In this document: positions 37,401 to 49,713 of the stretch, piece after piece
Position numbering within the stretch: the first letter of the stretch is position 1
Layout: every line of letters starts with the position of its first letter
Origin: Mobula hypostoma
Lineage: Eukaryota
Reading direction: 5' to 3'
NCBI RefSeq assembly: GCF_963921235.1
Contig: NC_086108.1
Location: 26,040,001-26,104,000, forward strand
Length of the DNA stretch: 64,000 nucleotides
The notes under the pieces: model-generated
Seen by the model: the letters and a program-made list of their open reading frames with translations, nothing else
Told to the model about the DNA's origin: nothing
Database searches by the model: none
Made by a program: the position numbers and the translations under genes

Positions 37401-39164
37401 ATGTGGTCTGTGAGGTGGCACTGAGGTGGTAGCATTTTGACTTCCCTTTTACTGAAGGTGATGGCTAAGTTGTGGTATTCCTGCGGGAGTTTGGTGAGGT
37501 CGAGAGTTTCCGCTGACTCCACGGATTTATGGGGCGAGGTCAACTGAGGTTGCTGACAGGTGATCCGGCAAGTGGGTTCCCAACTCAGCAGTGAGCAGGA
37601 TGGCCAGGTGAAGTGAAGGTTGGGAGTGGAGAGTCAGGGGTAACCTAAGATGAGAGGAGTGTTGGCTGAGTCAATCAGGAGGAATTGGATTGACTCGTGG
37701 TGCTCTCCAATGCTCATGTGCACAGGCTGTGTGTTCACTCTGACCATCCCAAGCCCCAAGGGACTTCCATCAATGGCCATGATGTAGAAGGGATGAGAGG
37801 CTTGGAGGGAGTCCAAGCTGTACAGAGTCTAGTCCAGAAAGTTGCCTGCTGCACTGGAATCCACCAGAGCATCATGTACATGTAGAGCCATTGGGGTGTG
37901 CAGGAGGACAGAGAGAGTGAGCCAGGCTATGGTGCTGGAACGAGAGGCCTGGGGAGCTTATCAGATAGAATGCCTCTCAAGTCTATGTGGTACTGCTGTT
38001 TCCTGGACACAGTGGGCATTTGATGTGAGGTTGATTGGCTGCTCTGCAGTAACTACACAAGATGTTAAGGGAGCTTGCCCGAGCTGCATGAATTCTGGTG
38101 GCCTTGCCAATGAGGGTCCTGCAGCGATGAGTGATGGAACAAAAGCAGGTTTCTGGTTAATGATCTGGACGATCATTCGATAAGATGTTTGTCAATTCAG
38201 AGGGCCAGAGTGGTGAAGCTTTTTGAAGTCTGTGGGCATCTCCTGTGTAGACAGTTCATCTTTCAAGTGCTCCAAGAGGCTGTAATGGTAATGGGCCAGC
38301 AGTGCTTCTGCATTCTAAACACATTTCCCCATGAGGGTCCTGAATTCCACAGTGTAATCCAGCACTGGGTGTGAGCATTGTCACAGTCGAAGTATCCAAC
38401 CGCTGCACCCCACCCCCCCGACTCCATTTCTTAGATGTTCAAAAACCTGGTGCATCTATGCAGTGAATTCCTCAATGACTGAAAATGGTGAATTTTTTGT
38501 CCCATTTAGTGGCATCCCAGGCCAGAACCCACCTAGTCAAGAAAGAAATGACAAAGGCATATTTGGTTCAGTCCGTAGAGTGCAGAGAAGGCTGGAACTT
38601 GAAATGCGAGACACACTGGGATAGTAAGCTGTGGCAACGGGTTTGTGATCTGCCAAAGTGTTCGCACACCAGAATCTGAGTCTCAGAGGGAGGAGGTTGA
38701 CTGTCGCAGGGTTGCTGTATCAAGTTATAGAGTTGCAAGTGAGTGGCAAACAGATGGTCAATAGTTTCCTGCTGCTTCTGGATTGTGTGCTCATGTCAAT
38801 AGACGACTTCCTTGTTGGGAATGTACTTGATGTCTTTGGATAGTTTGTGCATCCTTACAGGAAAGGTAGAGATGGTTTAACCCAAATGCAGAACAGTGGA
38901 GACGATTAAGCGGTGAAAAATAATTTTAATGATGAATTGCAAAATAACAAGCCACAAGGTGCCACAAAACAAGAGAGAGCTGATATGCAACATGACAAGC
39001 CAACAATATAACAGAAGGCTAGGAGCAACTGTCTCAGGCCAGCTGGTTTGATGGGTGAACAAGGACTGTAAATGAGAACTGTCTTTAAAGAAACTGCAGG
39101 AGTTGGTAACAAATTGCAGGTGATTTCCGTTAGCTGGGAGGTGCCTGCCTGTGCAGGCCTGACA
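34475..39164 (-). mobile_element. Old chromovirus (Sushi-like Ty3/Gypsy) with two diverged LTRs (34475-34768, ~38866-39164)
   Basis: Protease region, LPPHRPHDCMIDL, PAGAEFFFNKKKDGSLHPSIDYCALN, FWWPTM..C..C, PQFIGPYKV, chromodomain YSPEERSW..ILD; PPT next to 34768; both LTRs end ggcctgaca. Confidence 0.9.
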
Positions 39165-39269
39165 CTTAGTAAAATGATTATAAAGCCTTGACTCCAATTC
39201 CACTTGCACAGCAGCTCCCTACAACTTTTAATACCCTTACAGCTCAAAGATCTGTTATCTGTAATCAGA

Positions 39270-39580
39270 ATGATGGTTGACATGTTACTTGGCAACAGGT
39301 TTAGAACTAAGAGGAGGGGAAACATCTTCACTCAGGGGGTGGTAAACCTGTGGTGTTTTCTGCCACAAAGGGCAATAGAAGTCAAGCGACTGAACATATT
39401 AAGATGACAGATAAATTTCTAAATTTAAAATAAGCTAAAAGCATCAAAGCATCCCTGAAAGTATCCAAATGTAGATGGAGAAATGGGGACTATGCAAATG
39501 AAATAATCAATCAGCCATGTTTGTTTTGAATGGCATGAAAGGCTGAATTGTCTACTCCTGTTCATACTTCCTGTGTTACA
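39270..39580 (+). mobile_element. Old CR1 3' end
   Basis: NIFTQGVVNLWCFLPQRAIE. Confidence 0.75.
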
Positions 39581-39649
39581 GTTTTAGCCATGAATTTTCT
39601 CAATGACTAATCATCTTAGCTTTGGATGCTGTTGTTGGAAGAACCAATC

Positions 39650-42000
39650 TATCAGCATTGACCTTAGCAAGTTCTCACAGACTATATATTTCAATTAGAT
39701 CACCTCGCAAATTTATTAGGTCTGTAAAGCCGAGACTCATTCTACCCTATTTCTCTTTCTCTTTCCAGAAGGTATTGTACTCTATCAAAGGCATGTGCAG
39801 CCTTCTTTAGTTACAGAGCAATCCAACTGTGATTTCACCAGAGCTTTATCCAATCGTGGCAAGACTTGCTTACACTTCTACTTCAAGCCTATTGCAATCA
39901 AAGACATCAGAGCATTCATTATATCAGAATGTCACAGCCATATATACACAGAAATGCCTCTCAACCCATCAATTGCATCTCTGCAGATAAACTACAAGAG
40001 TACCAGACCACCATCACAGAATATTTTTCACCATTTAAGGACTTTTCCATTTTTCTATTCTTAATACAGTGAAGGGCTTCATTATTTGACACTAATCACC
40101 TTCTAGCTACTCACTAATTAAGGGTATTGTTTTGTACAAGGTTTATGTAATCTTTGCAACATACCTTTGCACAAAGGTTTGCTTCATCAGCGAATGGATA
40201 CATTGCAAACTGTCCTTCTGTCTAAGTGATTAATGTAAGAGCTGGAATCTCAGCACAGGTGCTTGTGACAAGCACAGTCATAACTGTTTGCCAGCCCTAA
40301 AAATGATCCAGTCATTTGCTGTCCATTAACCACTGCTTGTATATTAACCCTAACATCATGGATTCTTATTTTGCTTAAAAACCAAAAGTGAATACCCCAT
40401 ATCTAATGTGCTTTCATAAATATTACACACAATAACTTCCCTTTATCTATCATGTCATTTACAGCCTCAGATCCTCTAATAGATAAGTGAAAACCCAATG
40501 TCTCCTTCATTTAACTGTTAATCCTACCTAATTATATTGTGATTTTCATATATATAACCTTAATGATGGTCCAAGTATTCTCCTGGCTTCTAATTTCAAA
40601 CAAAGTAGCCTGTAATTTCCTGTATTCTGTCTCTCCCTTCTTTTGTAAATGGTAATGTTGTATTTCCCAGATTTTTCTGTATTGGGCCAATTACACAGTT
40701 GAAGGAAAGGTTATCGTTACTCCCCCTGCTCTCCACAATCATCATATTTGAGAAGGAGAACGTCAGGTTCAGGCAATTCATCAAAATCTTGTCCTATTTC
40801 ACTTTACCTATTAATTTAAATTTCTTTCAGTTTCTCACTCTGAAATAAAAGTCTTGGTTTTTCATCACTAATAGTAGTGTTTGTGTCTTACACATACTGT
40901 ATTTAACATTTTATGAATATTGTTTCTCCTTTTTTGTCATTTTTCCTGTCTCGGGAGCCAAAGCTTACCTTGAGCACCCTCTTTTTTTTTAATGTAGAAG
41001 TCTCAAAATTTGTTTATGGTACTTTTTGCTCATATACTCTCATTCTCTATCTTCTCTCCTTTTGGCGATCCTTTACCTAAAACTCAGTCCTGAGGTTTAA
41101 AATTCTTCTCGATAATGTTATAACTTTCTTCTTTTAATCTAAAAATCAAATTATGTAGTGAGCCATAATAGATCATTTTTCTCATGAAGCTTTTTATTGA
41201 AGCTTCTCACTGAATATACAGTAGATTTATTAAGCAATATGATATTTTTCTTCAAACATTTACCATCGCCTATGTACAATTATAGCTTATGATCTAATTC
41301 CCCAATATATCCTTGCCACCTTGCTCTTCATTAGTCAACTTATTAGTGTTTCTTTAAGGTTAGGAGTCTATTTTCAGACTAATATGTCTCTCTCAAACCC
41401 AGTGTAAATTAAGTCATATTATATTATGATCAATATCTTGTACAGAATTCCTTCCTATCATTACTAATGGATTTCAACTCATTATTTAAATCAAAATTTT
41501 AAGTAACCTATTTCTGATTGGTTCTGGGATACTCTGTTCATGGAATCCATATCATGAATCTTTTTCATTTATCCAGTCGACACAAGTTTTACATTTCATC
41601 ACAATATTTTGTCTTATTTTTGCCATTTCTTATTTTTAATTAATACTGCTCAACAGCACAGCTACCATAAGATCGAGGGTTCCCAACCTTTCTTATGTCA
41701 TGGACCCTTAATATTAATTAACCAGGGGTCTGTGAACCCCAAGTTGTGTGCCCCTATATTAGAAGGTCTACACCCTCACTAAACCTTTCCTTCAGCATAT
41801 CTAATCCTGCACGCATTGATTCAACTCCTTGATCTTCCAAACCATGACTAATAATCACTTTCATTCTCATTTATTTCCATTTTGAAACTAGGTACCATAG
41901 ATCTTTTGATCATCAGTGTCAACAATATTTTAACTATATCTTAGTGAAAGCTCTCACTTCAAACATTAGTTTGTGCCATTAACTTCCCCCAACTTGCACT
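39650..42000 (-). mobile_element. Ancient long CR1 ORF2 relic
   Basis: Reverse-complement traces of ALVKSQL (39825-39850), FADE (40180-40195) and NYR..PLFTKEG (40610-40650); boundaries approximate. Confidence 0.55.
41674..41756. mobile_element. 83-bp hAT/Charlie-type MITE (longer relative of 14011-14061)
   Basis: cgagggttcccaacctttcttatgtcatggacc...gaaccccaagttgtgtgccccta; decayed flanks cataagat/tattagaa. Confidence 0.65.
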
Positions 42001-42470
42001 GAAATATTTGTCACCACACATATCATTGTTAAGTCTAACTTTTTATCACTTTTCACCAGAGTGACTTTATTCACTAATGTACTTTATTCAGTAATAATGT
42101 TGCTGTTCCTCACAAGCATACTCTCCTTACCATCAAAGTAGTCACAGTAAAATTGATTATCTGTGTGCATACATGTCACCACACACAATGCTGCGATTCT
42201 TTTTCCTGTGGGCATATTAGCAAATCTATAGAACAGTAACTGTAAACAGGATTGATGAACAACAAACCGTGCAAGTGCAAATATAAATAACTAGAAACAA
42301 AGAATGAGTATGAAATGGCAAGATAAAGAATCATTAAAGTGAGACCATCAAAAGTGGGAACACCAGAAATAGAAACAACAGGAATTCTGCAGATGCTGGA
42401 AATTCAAGCAACACACGTCAAAGTTGCTGGTGAACGCAGCAGGCCAAGCAGCATCTGTAGGAAGAGGTGC

Positions 42471-42506
42471 AGTCGACGTTTCAGGCCGAGACCCTTCGTC
42501 AGGACT
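42471..42506 (-). ncRNA. Minimal type I hammerhead ribozyme motif (Penelope)
   Basis: AGUC CUGACGA AGG gucucgg CCU GAAA C GUC GACU. Confidence 0.78.
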
Positions 42507-42803
42507 AACTGAAGGAAGAGTGAGTAAGGGATTTGAAAGTTGGAGGGGGAGGGGGAGATCCAAAATGATAGGAGAAGACAGGAGGGGGAGGGATAGAGCC
42601 GAGAGCTGGACAGGTGATAGGCAAAAGGGGATACGAGAGGATCATGGGACAGGAGGTCCGGGAAGAAAGACAAGGGGGGGGAGGTGACCCAGAGGATGGG
42701 CAAGAGGTATATTCAGAGGGACAGAGGGAGAAAAAGGAGAGTGAGAGAAAGAATGTGTGTATAAAAATGAGTAACGGATGGGGTACGAGGGGGAGGTGGG
42801 GCC

Positions 42804-43634
42804 TTAGTGGAAGTTAGAGAAGTCGATGTTCATGCCATCAGGTTGGAGGCTACCCAGACGGAATATAAGGTGTTGTTCCTCCAACCTGAGTGTGGCTTCA
42901 TCTTTACAGTAGAGGAGGCCGTGGATAGACATGTCAGAATGGGAATGGGATGTGGAATTAAAATGTGTGGCCACTGGGAGATCCTGCTTTCTCTGGTGGA
43001 CAGAGCGTAGATGTTCAGCAAAGCGGTCTCCCAGTCTGCGTCGGGTCTCGCCAATATATAAAAGGCCACATCGGGAGCACCGGACGCAGTATATCACCCC
43101 AGTCGACTCACAGGTGAAGTGTTGCCTCACCTGGAAGGACTGTTTGGGGCCCTGAATGGTGGTAAGAGAGGAAGTGTAAGGGCATGTGTAGCACTTGTTC
43201 CGCTTACACGGATAAGTGCCAGGAGGGAGATCAGTGGGGAGGGATGGGGGGGACGAATGGACAAGGGAGTTGTGTAGGGAGCGATCCCTGCGGAATGCAG
43301 AGAGAGTGGGGGAGGGAAAGATGTGCTTAGTGGTGGGATCCCGTTGGAGGTGGCGGAAGATACGGAGAATAATATGTTGGACCCGGAGGCTGGTGGGGTG
43401 GTAGGTGAGGACCAGGGGAACCCTATTCCTAGTGGGGTGGCGGGAGGATGGAGTGAGAGCAGATGTACGTGAAATGAGGGAGATGCGTTTAAGGGCAGAG
43501 TTAATAGTGGAGGAAGGGAAGCCCCTTTCTTTAAAAAAGGAAGACATCTCCCTCGTCCTAGAATGAAAAGCCTCATCCTGAGAGCAGATGCGGCGGAGAC
43601 GGAGGAATTGCGAGAAGGGGATGGCGTTTTTGCA
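42804..43634 (-). CDS. Penelope ORF C-terminus (RT thumb, linker, GIY-YIG endonuclease), 5'-truncated
   Basis: Frame is open from the element edge: CKNAIPFSQFLRLRRICS..VPLVLTYHP..GVIYCVRCSRCGLLYIGETRRRLGDRFAEH..EQHLI..PDGMN. Confidence 0.9.
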   Translation of the reverse strand, partial: CKNAIPFSQFLRLRRICSQDEAFHSRTREMSSFFKERGFPSSTINSALKRISLISRTSALTPSSRHPTRNRVPLVLTYHPTSLRVQHIILRIFRHLQRDPTTKHIFPSPTLSAFRRDRSLHNSLVHSSPPSLPTDLPPGTYPCKRNKCYTCPYTSSLTTIQGPKQSFQVRQHFTCESTGVIYCVRCSRCGLLYIGETRRRLGDRFAEHLRSVHQRKQDLPVATHFNSTSHSHSDMSIHGLLYCKDEATLRLEEQHLIFRLGSLQPDGMNIDFSNFH

Positions 43635-44006
43635 AGAAATAGAATGAGTGTTGTTATCCTCTTTTGTTCAATTGCCTGATGATTGAGGTATCACTGAAAT
43701 TATACTCTCTGCCTTGTGGGTTTGAATTCTGTAAATGGTTTCCTTATGTGAACCCTCTCCCAACTTCTTAATACTGGGTAGTATTTACTGCTCTTAGCTA
43801 TATGAGTTGCCAGACCATTGGTTTAAGTCAGTTCACTTGCTATCTACCACAAGAAAAGTTCATCATTGCCCTGTTCTGATACAGGTGTCTGTGTGTCAGT
43901 CACTCACTCCACATTAAACAAAGTCATGAATGGGCGTTCTCCATTAAGGGAATCTAACCTAACATCCTAATTATGAGGATTCTGGTTAGCCTTTACTCTC
44001 AGGAAA

Positions 44007-44313
44007 TGTAGCTGTGGCTTGACCCGAAAGCAGAGCTGCAGAGACAATTCATCAGGAAAGTTTACTGTACTAATAGATCACAAAATAACAAGACACAAAA
44101 CAAGAGAGAACAGAAAATAAACACCACAGGCAACAAGGCATACTTTAGGCAAAGTGAGTGAAGACGAGCAGCAAATGGTTTGAGGCTAGCTGTTTTGATG
44201 AGGGAACAAGGATTGTGGATGAGAACTGGGGTTAAATAAAGTGCATGTGATGAGTCTGGAATGAGTGACAGCTGAGTGGAGACTGGGAGGTGCCTGCATG
44301 TGAAGGCCTGACA
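44007..44313 (-). mobile_element. Solo LTR related to the chromovirus LTRs
   Basis: tgtag..cttgacccgaaagcagag..gagactgggaggtgcctgcatgtgaaggcctgaca matches both LTRs of 34475-39164. Confidence 0.8.
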
Positions 44314-44359
44314 ACTACAGCCGCCTGAGGACCAACCAATAGAAAATGCCTTAGGAGAG

Positions 44360-45062
44360 GCTTCTGCTAAGATGGCACTGGTGAAGCCCTGCGACTACTT
44401 AGTGGCGGCAAACAGAACAACGAATACAACTAAGTACTTTATTAATAACACTTTTTATGGTAAAACATGGTAAATGATCACAGCAAACAATGGAGAGGTG
44501 AACGAAGGCAAGGCTGAGTTGAGGGTCAAAGCGTGCAGATGTGAGGTGAAGTCGAAGCAAAGTCGGGTCGAGTGGAGAGGAATGGGTCACAGTCGGAGTG
44601 GAGGAGAGGCAGGTGCAAGGCCTGTCCACCTAAACCAGAGTGAGCAGCTGAGACAATTCAATCTAAGCGCCAGACCAATTTGGAAAGGCTGGTTACCTGC
44701 TGAAACATGGTGGCAAGTTTCAGGCCAGAGTGTATTGAATCAACAGGCCCCAGGTCCCAGAGAGAAGAATGACCCAATGTTTGGTGTGTCGGAACTAGAG
44801 GCGGGAGTTGGGCCAGTTCTTGCTTGGTGCTCCGCGGTGTTTACTCAGCTTCATACTGAACATGCAGAAAAGGCCTGATCTGGCTACTCCAGGCTTTGTG
44901 TCTATGGACTCACTTTCATTCTGAATGCTGTTTGCTTGCTGTTATTACTGGCACTATTGTTTTATTTCTCTGAACACTGGGTGTTTGACAGTCTTTTTTA
45001 TGGGTTCTTTTTGGGTTTCTTTGCTTTTTGCCTGCCTATAAGGAGACGGAACTCAAGGTAGA
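44360..45062 (+). mobile_element. Non-coding non-autonomous element with Rex1-type ends
   Basis: Starts AAGATGGC; 3' part tatggactcac..gtttctttg..gcctgcctataaggagacggaactcaaggt resembles the Rex 3'UTRs. Confidence 0.55.
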
Positions 45063-45841
45063 ACGTCATACTCAAATGGAGTGAGTGCACAATTGGTGCC
45101 CAGTAAATCAAACTCCTCTTTCATTTCTCTCTTAAATCCCTGGTCTGTTTGAACCCACACCAGTCTGGACATGGCAGAGATCCTAATCCACTGATATTTT
45201 TTTTCTTATTACCTGGGCTTCATCTGTTCACATTCCTTCAGCAGAATCTTATTCCAATTTCTGCCTTTGTTGTTGATTGTTAAGTTCACATGAAAACAGC
45301 ATGTTCATATTGCAAAATTTTCTTCAGCTTTAAGGTGATGTCTTCAAACCTGGCACTGAGCTGACAACACATTTTTTAGAGCTTCTAGACCAGACCGAAT
45401 TGAATAGATCAATCTTCTGTGAACATTTACCCTTCTATCACTGCATTCCTTTCTCTTGCCTCCAACCCACCCCACCAATTTGACAACTTTCTATGTCCCA
45501 GAGTCTTCGGAAATTTTCCTGTCATTGCTGGAGCTTTGGTTCACCTCCATACAGGCAGCAAGTAACTTGGTCGTTTTGGAAAAGTTCAATACTGAGGCTC
45601 TGTTGACTCTGCTACCTGAGTCATTGTGTTTGCCTGATGAGGTGACCTGTTGCTGCTTTCTGAATCAAAGAGTGCAGATACTGCAAGTCATTACCTTATT
45701 AACATATATTCCTTAATTATTTGACCCGACTTCACCCAACCGTTACTGTTTTTGTTCTATCCATCCTCCCCATCTTAAAACAAGTTTGTTTGCCTCTCTT
45801 TCCAAGTTCTCACAAGAGCTTACTTTGCTTTATTCTACTCA

Positions 45842-46060
45842 GACATACAGCACAGTTACAGGCCCAGCTATCCCCATGAGCCTACGCCACCCAAATGCAC
45901 TCATGTGACCAATTCACCTCCTACCCAGCATGTCTTTGGAATCTAGGAGGAAACCAGACCACCCAGAGGAAATACGGAGAATGCACAAGTTCCTTCCAGA
46001 CGGTGGCGAAATTCAGCCCAGGTTACTGGCCCTATAACAGCATTATGCTAGCCACTATCC
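45842..46060 (-). mobile_element. HE1-like SINE
   Basis: tgtctttggaatctaggaggaaaccagaccacccagaggaa..agaatgcacaagttcctt. Confidence 0.75.
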
Positions 46061-47089
46061 CATGGTAGCTCTTTGACTTGAAGCGTTATTTTTATCTCCT
46101 TTCACAGATGTTGCTTGGCCCACTGAGTTTTTCCAACAATTTTCTGTTTCTACTTCTGATGACTCTTTCTCTGCTCTTAAGGTATCATAATGTCTGCTAC
46201 TGGGACTCAATCACACAGAACAAGAGTTCCTTGAGACACAGACATCTCTCCTGGAGATTTGCCTGATTGGGCCCCTATGGACCTCTGCTAACTTCTGCAT
46301 GCTCAAAGCTTTGACAGTTGTTATGGAACAGGAGTGACGGCAGGTTGAACAGAATAAGGCTGAAAAGAACTAGAAAAAGAAAGCAGAGACACAGCAAATG
46401 GGCTGGTATCCCTGTGAGACCAGCCGACACATCAGTCAACTGATATATGGCATTCAAAAACAAATTGTCCTTTCAGGCAGACTTCAGAGGAACACTTGGA
46501 CAGGTGTCCTTGTTGACAAGTGAACTATGAAAAGATCAACAAGATCAGACAGTTGATGTTATGTCAGCAGAACTAATATGAAGAGATTGCATTAGACTGC
46601 TAATGCATTCAAAACCTGAGCATCAAATGTAAAATAGACTAACAGTCAATATCTGATTAAATGAGATGGAAATAAAAAAGCAGGAAAGTGACAGTGCAAC
46701 AAACCAAAGACTCTTGAAGCAGCAGAGCTGATGAAGTAGCGATCAGATATAATGCTGTTAAATAATTCGTTGCAAATCTGAGAAACAACATTTCTAAGTT
46801 GCTCAACAACAACCAAACCCTCCATTTCAAGTAGATAATAAAGTCTTTACTAGATCCTGACTCATTGTTATCTTAACTGTAATTGAACTGATATGGAGGA
46901 AAATAATGTGCACATTTAAATCACAAGGCCAAAAAGAATTAAAAATAGAAATGGGAGAACTATCATTGTTCTGCAGTTTATGGCTGCTTTCTCCACAAAG
47001 ATCCAACTGGTGAAAGGACATGGATTTACTTAATTGATGCAAATTGAGAGGAGTACAGTTTTGAAATTGATTTATCGTTCTCAAAGTAC

Positions 47090-47195
47090 CATCCAACAGG
47101 TGCCAGAGCAATGCATTTCTGAATATTAATGTGCCGTATAGCGTAGCCATGCTTGATGGACTTTAGCTGTCGTGAGTGCAGGCTGGTGGATCGGG
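47090..47195 (-). other. Candidate host exon (106 nt; (A)RSTSLHSRQLKSIKHGYAIRHINIQKCIALAPVG)
   Basis: Acceptor gtcattttgtatctag; only one of three frames open; 4 CpGs; weak donor TG|gtactt; protein not recognised. Confidence 0.25.
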
Positions 47196-48077
47196 CTAGA
47201 TACAAAATGACAGCCACTCACTTAAAAGTAACACAACTAACTCCTTAACTCATGCTAAGCATCCGCTCATTCAGGCAAAACATTCTGCAATCAAGGTTCT
47301 GACTGACAGTGTTGTACTATACTTTACAAAGTAAATCCTCACATAAGGTGGAACAATTAGCAGATTATAACAATGACATCCACATCATTGATCATTACAT
47401 TTCATAGTCACAGTATAAAATCCCACCTTCCTCACTCTCAGCAGCAAACTTTACCCTCCTGACAATAACAACCCTCACCTGCTTTACAACAGCCCTTGCC
47501 CTACTACCAGCAGTACATCAGCTCTCACCTTCTTCACAAGAATAACTCTCACCCTTCTTATAAGATCTGCCCTCACTATTGACGGACACCTTTATTTCCC
47601 ATTGCCCATGGGGGATGCATTTGGATCAGCATTATGGCAGCTTCTTGTTCCACCTAATCTCTTCTGGCAGGTCTAGTGGAACTTTTCACAGGGACCATTC
47701 CCTTAAATCAACGCAGACAGCATTTGACTGACAGCTCTGTTGAAGATAAAATGTATACACTGCTTGACCTGGGTCCATGCCAAACTCATAAGACAGGCAT
47801 AGTCTTTGACAGTCACCAATCTTTCATCAATATAGATGTGACATCGTGCATGCCCTGGTAAAATAAGGCAGAAGTAGAATGACAGTGCACCTGGGCTTAA
47901 AACACCAGATATATATGTGGAAGGTACAGATGCTGAATTGGAGATCAACAACAAATATTCTTCTTAAGGACTGAATATATGACAAAGGTTCTTTGCCCCT
48001 AGTTCACATACATATTATCTCCTGCTTTCTCTGGCCTTCTTTCTCATCTCATTTGATCTCTCTTTCTGCATTTCCTT

Positions 48078-48210
48078 TTGGTGGCATGGTTGGGAGAGTG
48101 CTGTCTTGTAGTTCCAGAGACCTGGGCTCCATTCTGAATTCTGTCTGCAAAGAGTTTGTATGTTCTCGCTGTTGAAAGGTGATTCCACTGGTGCTCTGCT
48201 TTCTTTCTGT
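48078..48210 (+). mobile_element. Decayed SINE head
   Basis: ccagagacctgggctccattctg..gtctgcaaagagtttgtatgttctc. Confidence 0.6.
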
Positions 48211-48640
48211 TGTGATTGTGATCAGCCACCAGGAGAGATTGGAGCTGGAGATATAGACATTTTTGCTCTACATAACAAAATACTGGAGAGACTCTTGGAA
48301 ATACTGCATCATACTGGAGAGACTCTTGGAAGAAGAGTGACCCTATATTAAACCACATATTATATAAAGAACAAAGGTAACAAACGCACAATTTCTATAG
48401 TTACAATGCATTCATAATGCTTCCATTCAGTTGCACATAATTTCAAACATCTAGATTTTCACACCAACTCACCCAAATCACCACTGAGCTGCATTCATAC
48501 ATATGCAGATATCTCAGGTGAACGGGTGCTTCCTGGTTTGCAATCAACCACAGTCTGCATCTCCAGGAAGATCATTGTTCTGAGCTGCATTTTAAACTCA
48601 ATTTACAGTCCATATTCAGATCTGAAGAATGGTTGCTGTT

Positions 48641-48740
48641 GCTGATGAAGGGTCTCAGCCTGAAATGTCGACTGTACTCTTTTCCATAGATGCTGCCAGG
48701 CTTACTGAGATCCTCCAGCATTTCATACGTGTTACTTGGA
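48641..48740 (+). mobile_element. Penelope terminus beginning at the ribozyme core
   Basis: ctgatgaagggtctcagcctgaaatgtcgactgtactcttttccatagatgctgcc. Confidence 0.8.
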
Positions 48741-48779
48741 AAAGCATGAAGGGTTGTTAAGAATGTAGGATCAATGGAT

Positions 48780-49225
48780 GCTTGGGGGCAGGAGTCTTAG
48801 GATCCATATTGCAAGGATTGGTTGGAGAGACTGTGGACTCATTTTGGGGGACTATGAGGTTCATTTTGCATGTGTTTCTAGTTTCTGATTACTCTTTTTT
48901 TTTGCTGTTTTTGATGGGGGCAATTGATGCAGTCTGGGGCGCTTCAAGAAGGAATGCTTTGCCCTTCGGCCTGTGGCCTGGGCTAGCGGTATGATGCTGA
49001 ACGGAACTAAACTGAGTATGCTGGCCTCTTGATTTGTTGTCTGATGCTCTATGTGTTGCTCTCTCACTTTTTAACATTTGCGTAATTTGTTCTTTTTTTT
49101 CACGTGTTGGGCGTTTGATGTTTTCCATAGTGATTCTTTGTTTCACGGCTACCTGCAGGAGGGCAAATCTCAGAGTTTTATTCTGTAGATATACTTTGAT
49201 AATAAATGTACTTTGAACCTTTGAA
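48780..49225 (+). mobile_element. Non-coding element with Rex1-type 3' tail
   Basis: Ends gcaaatctcagagt...gataataaatgtactttgaacctttgaa like 7700-7782. Confidence 0.65.
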
Positions 49226-49713
49226 ATTGGTGGTTGAAGGTTAGTGTGGACAGTGGGCCAAAGAGCCTATTTCCCTTCCTATCTCTATGACTATATACTT
49301 TTGTTCTCTCATAGCTATATCTCTCTCCCCTCCTTCAGCCACTCTCTGACTTCATCCCTTTCTCTTGATAAAGGTGAATGAAGGGGAAAAGAGAGAACTG
49401 AGCAAAAGGAAGAGATTCAGAAAGATCATGTGATTCGACAGGCGCGTTCCGAAGGAAGCTGAAGAGGCAATGAAAAGGAAGGACAAATAAAGGTAGTGAG
49501 GAAGGTGGGAGGTAGCAGTGAGAGAGGAGGATCTGAGGAAGAAAGGTTGCAATTCACTGTGCCAGGAGAATGTTGAGAGTGATGCGGATAGATGCAAGGA
49601 AAGGATGAATGGTTAAAGCAGCAATGGGCAATAACGAGTCCGTAAGCAGGGAGGAGTCTGAGGAGGAGAAATGGTGAATTAACATCAGGTTAATCAATGG
49701 TTGAGAAAGGGGA

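Larger units (their letters stand above)
42375..43634 (-). mobile_element. Young 5'-truncated Penelope-like element with 10-bp TSD
   Basis: AGAAATAGAA at 42365-42374 and 43635-43644; open GIY-YIG ORF; CpG retained. Confidence 0.95.
42150..43690 (-). mobile_element. Rex1-type 3' end (42150-42364 plus 43645-43690) split by Penelope
   Basis: The two halves are colinear with 53245-53660 (e.g. gttcaattgcctgatgattgagg vs gttcaatagcctgatggttgagg). Confidence 0.65.

Noticed and set aside
47425..47580. Degenerate ccctcacc/acaacag repeats
   Set aside because: Period too irregular to define; not a CRISPR-like array
49340..49710. Purine-rich stretch, possibly an ancient minus-strand LINE endonuclease
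   Set aside because: Motifs too eroded to support a call
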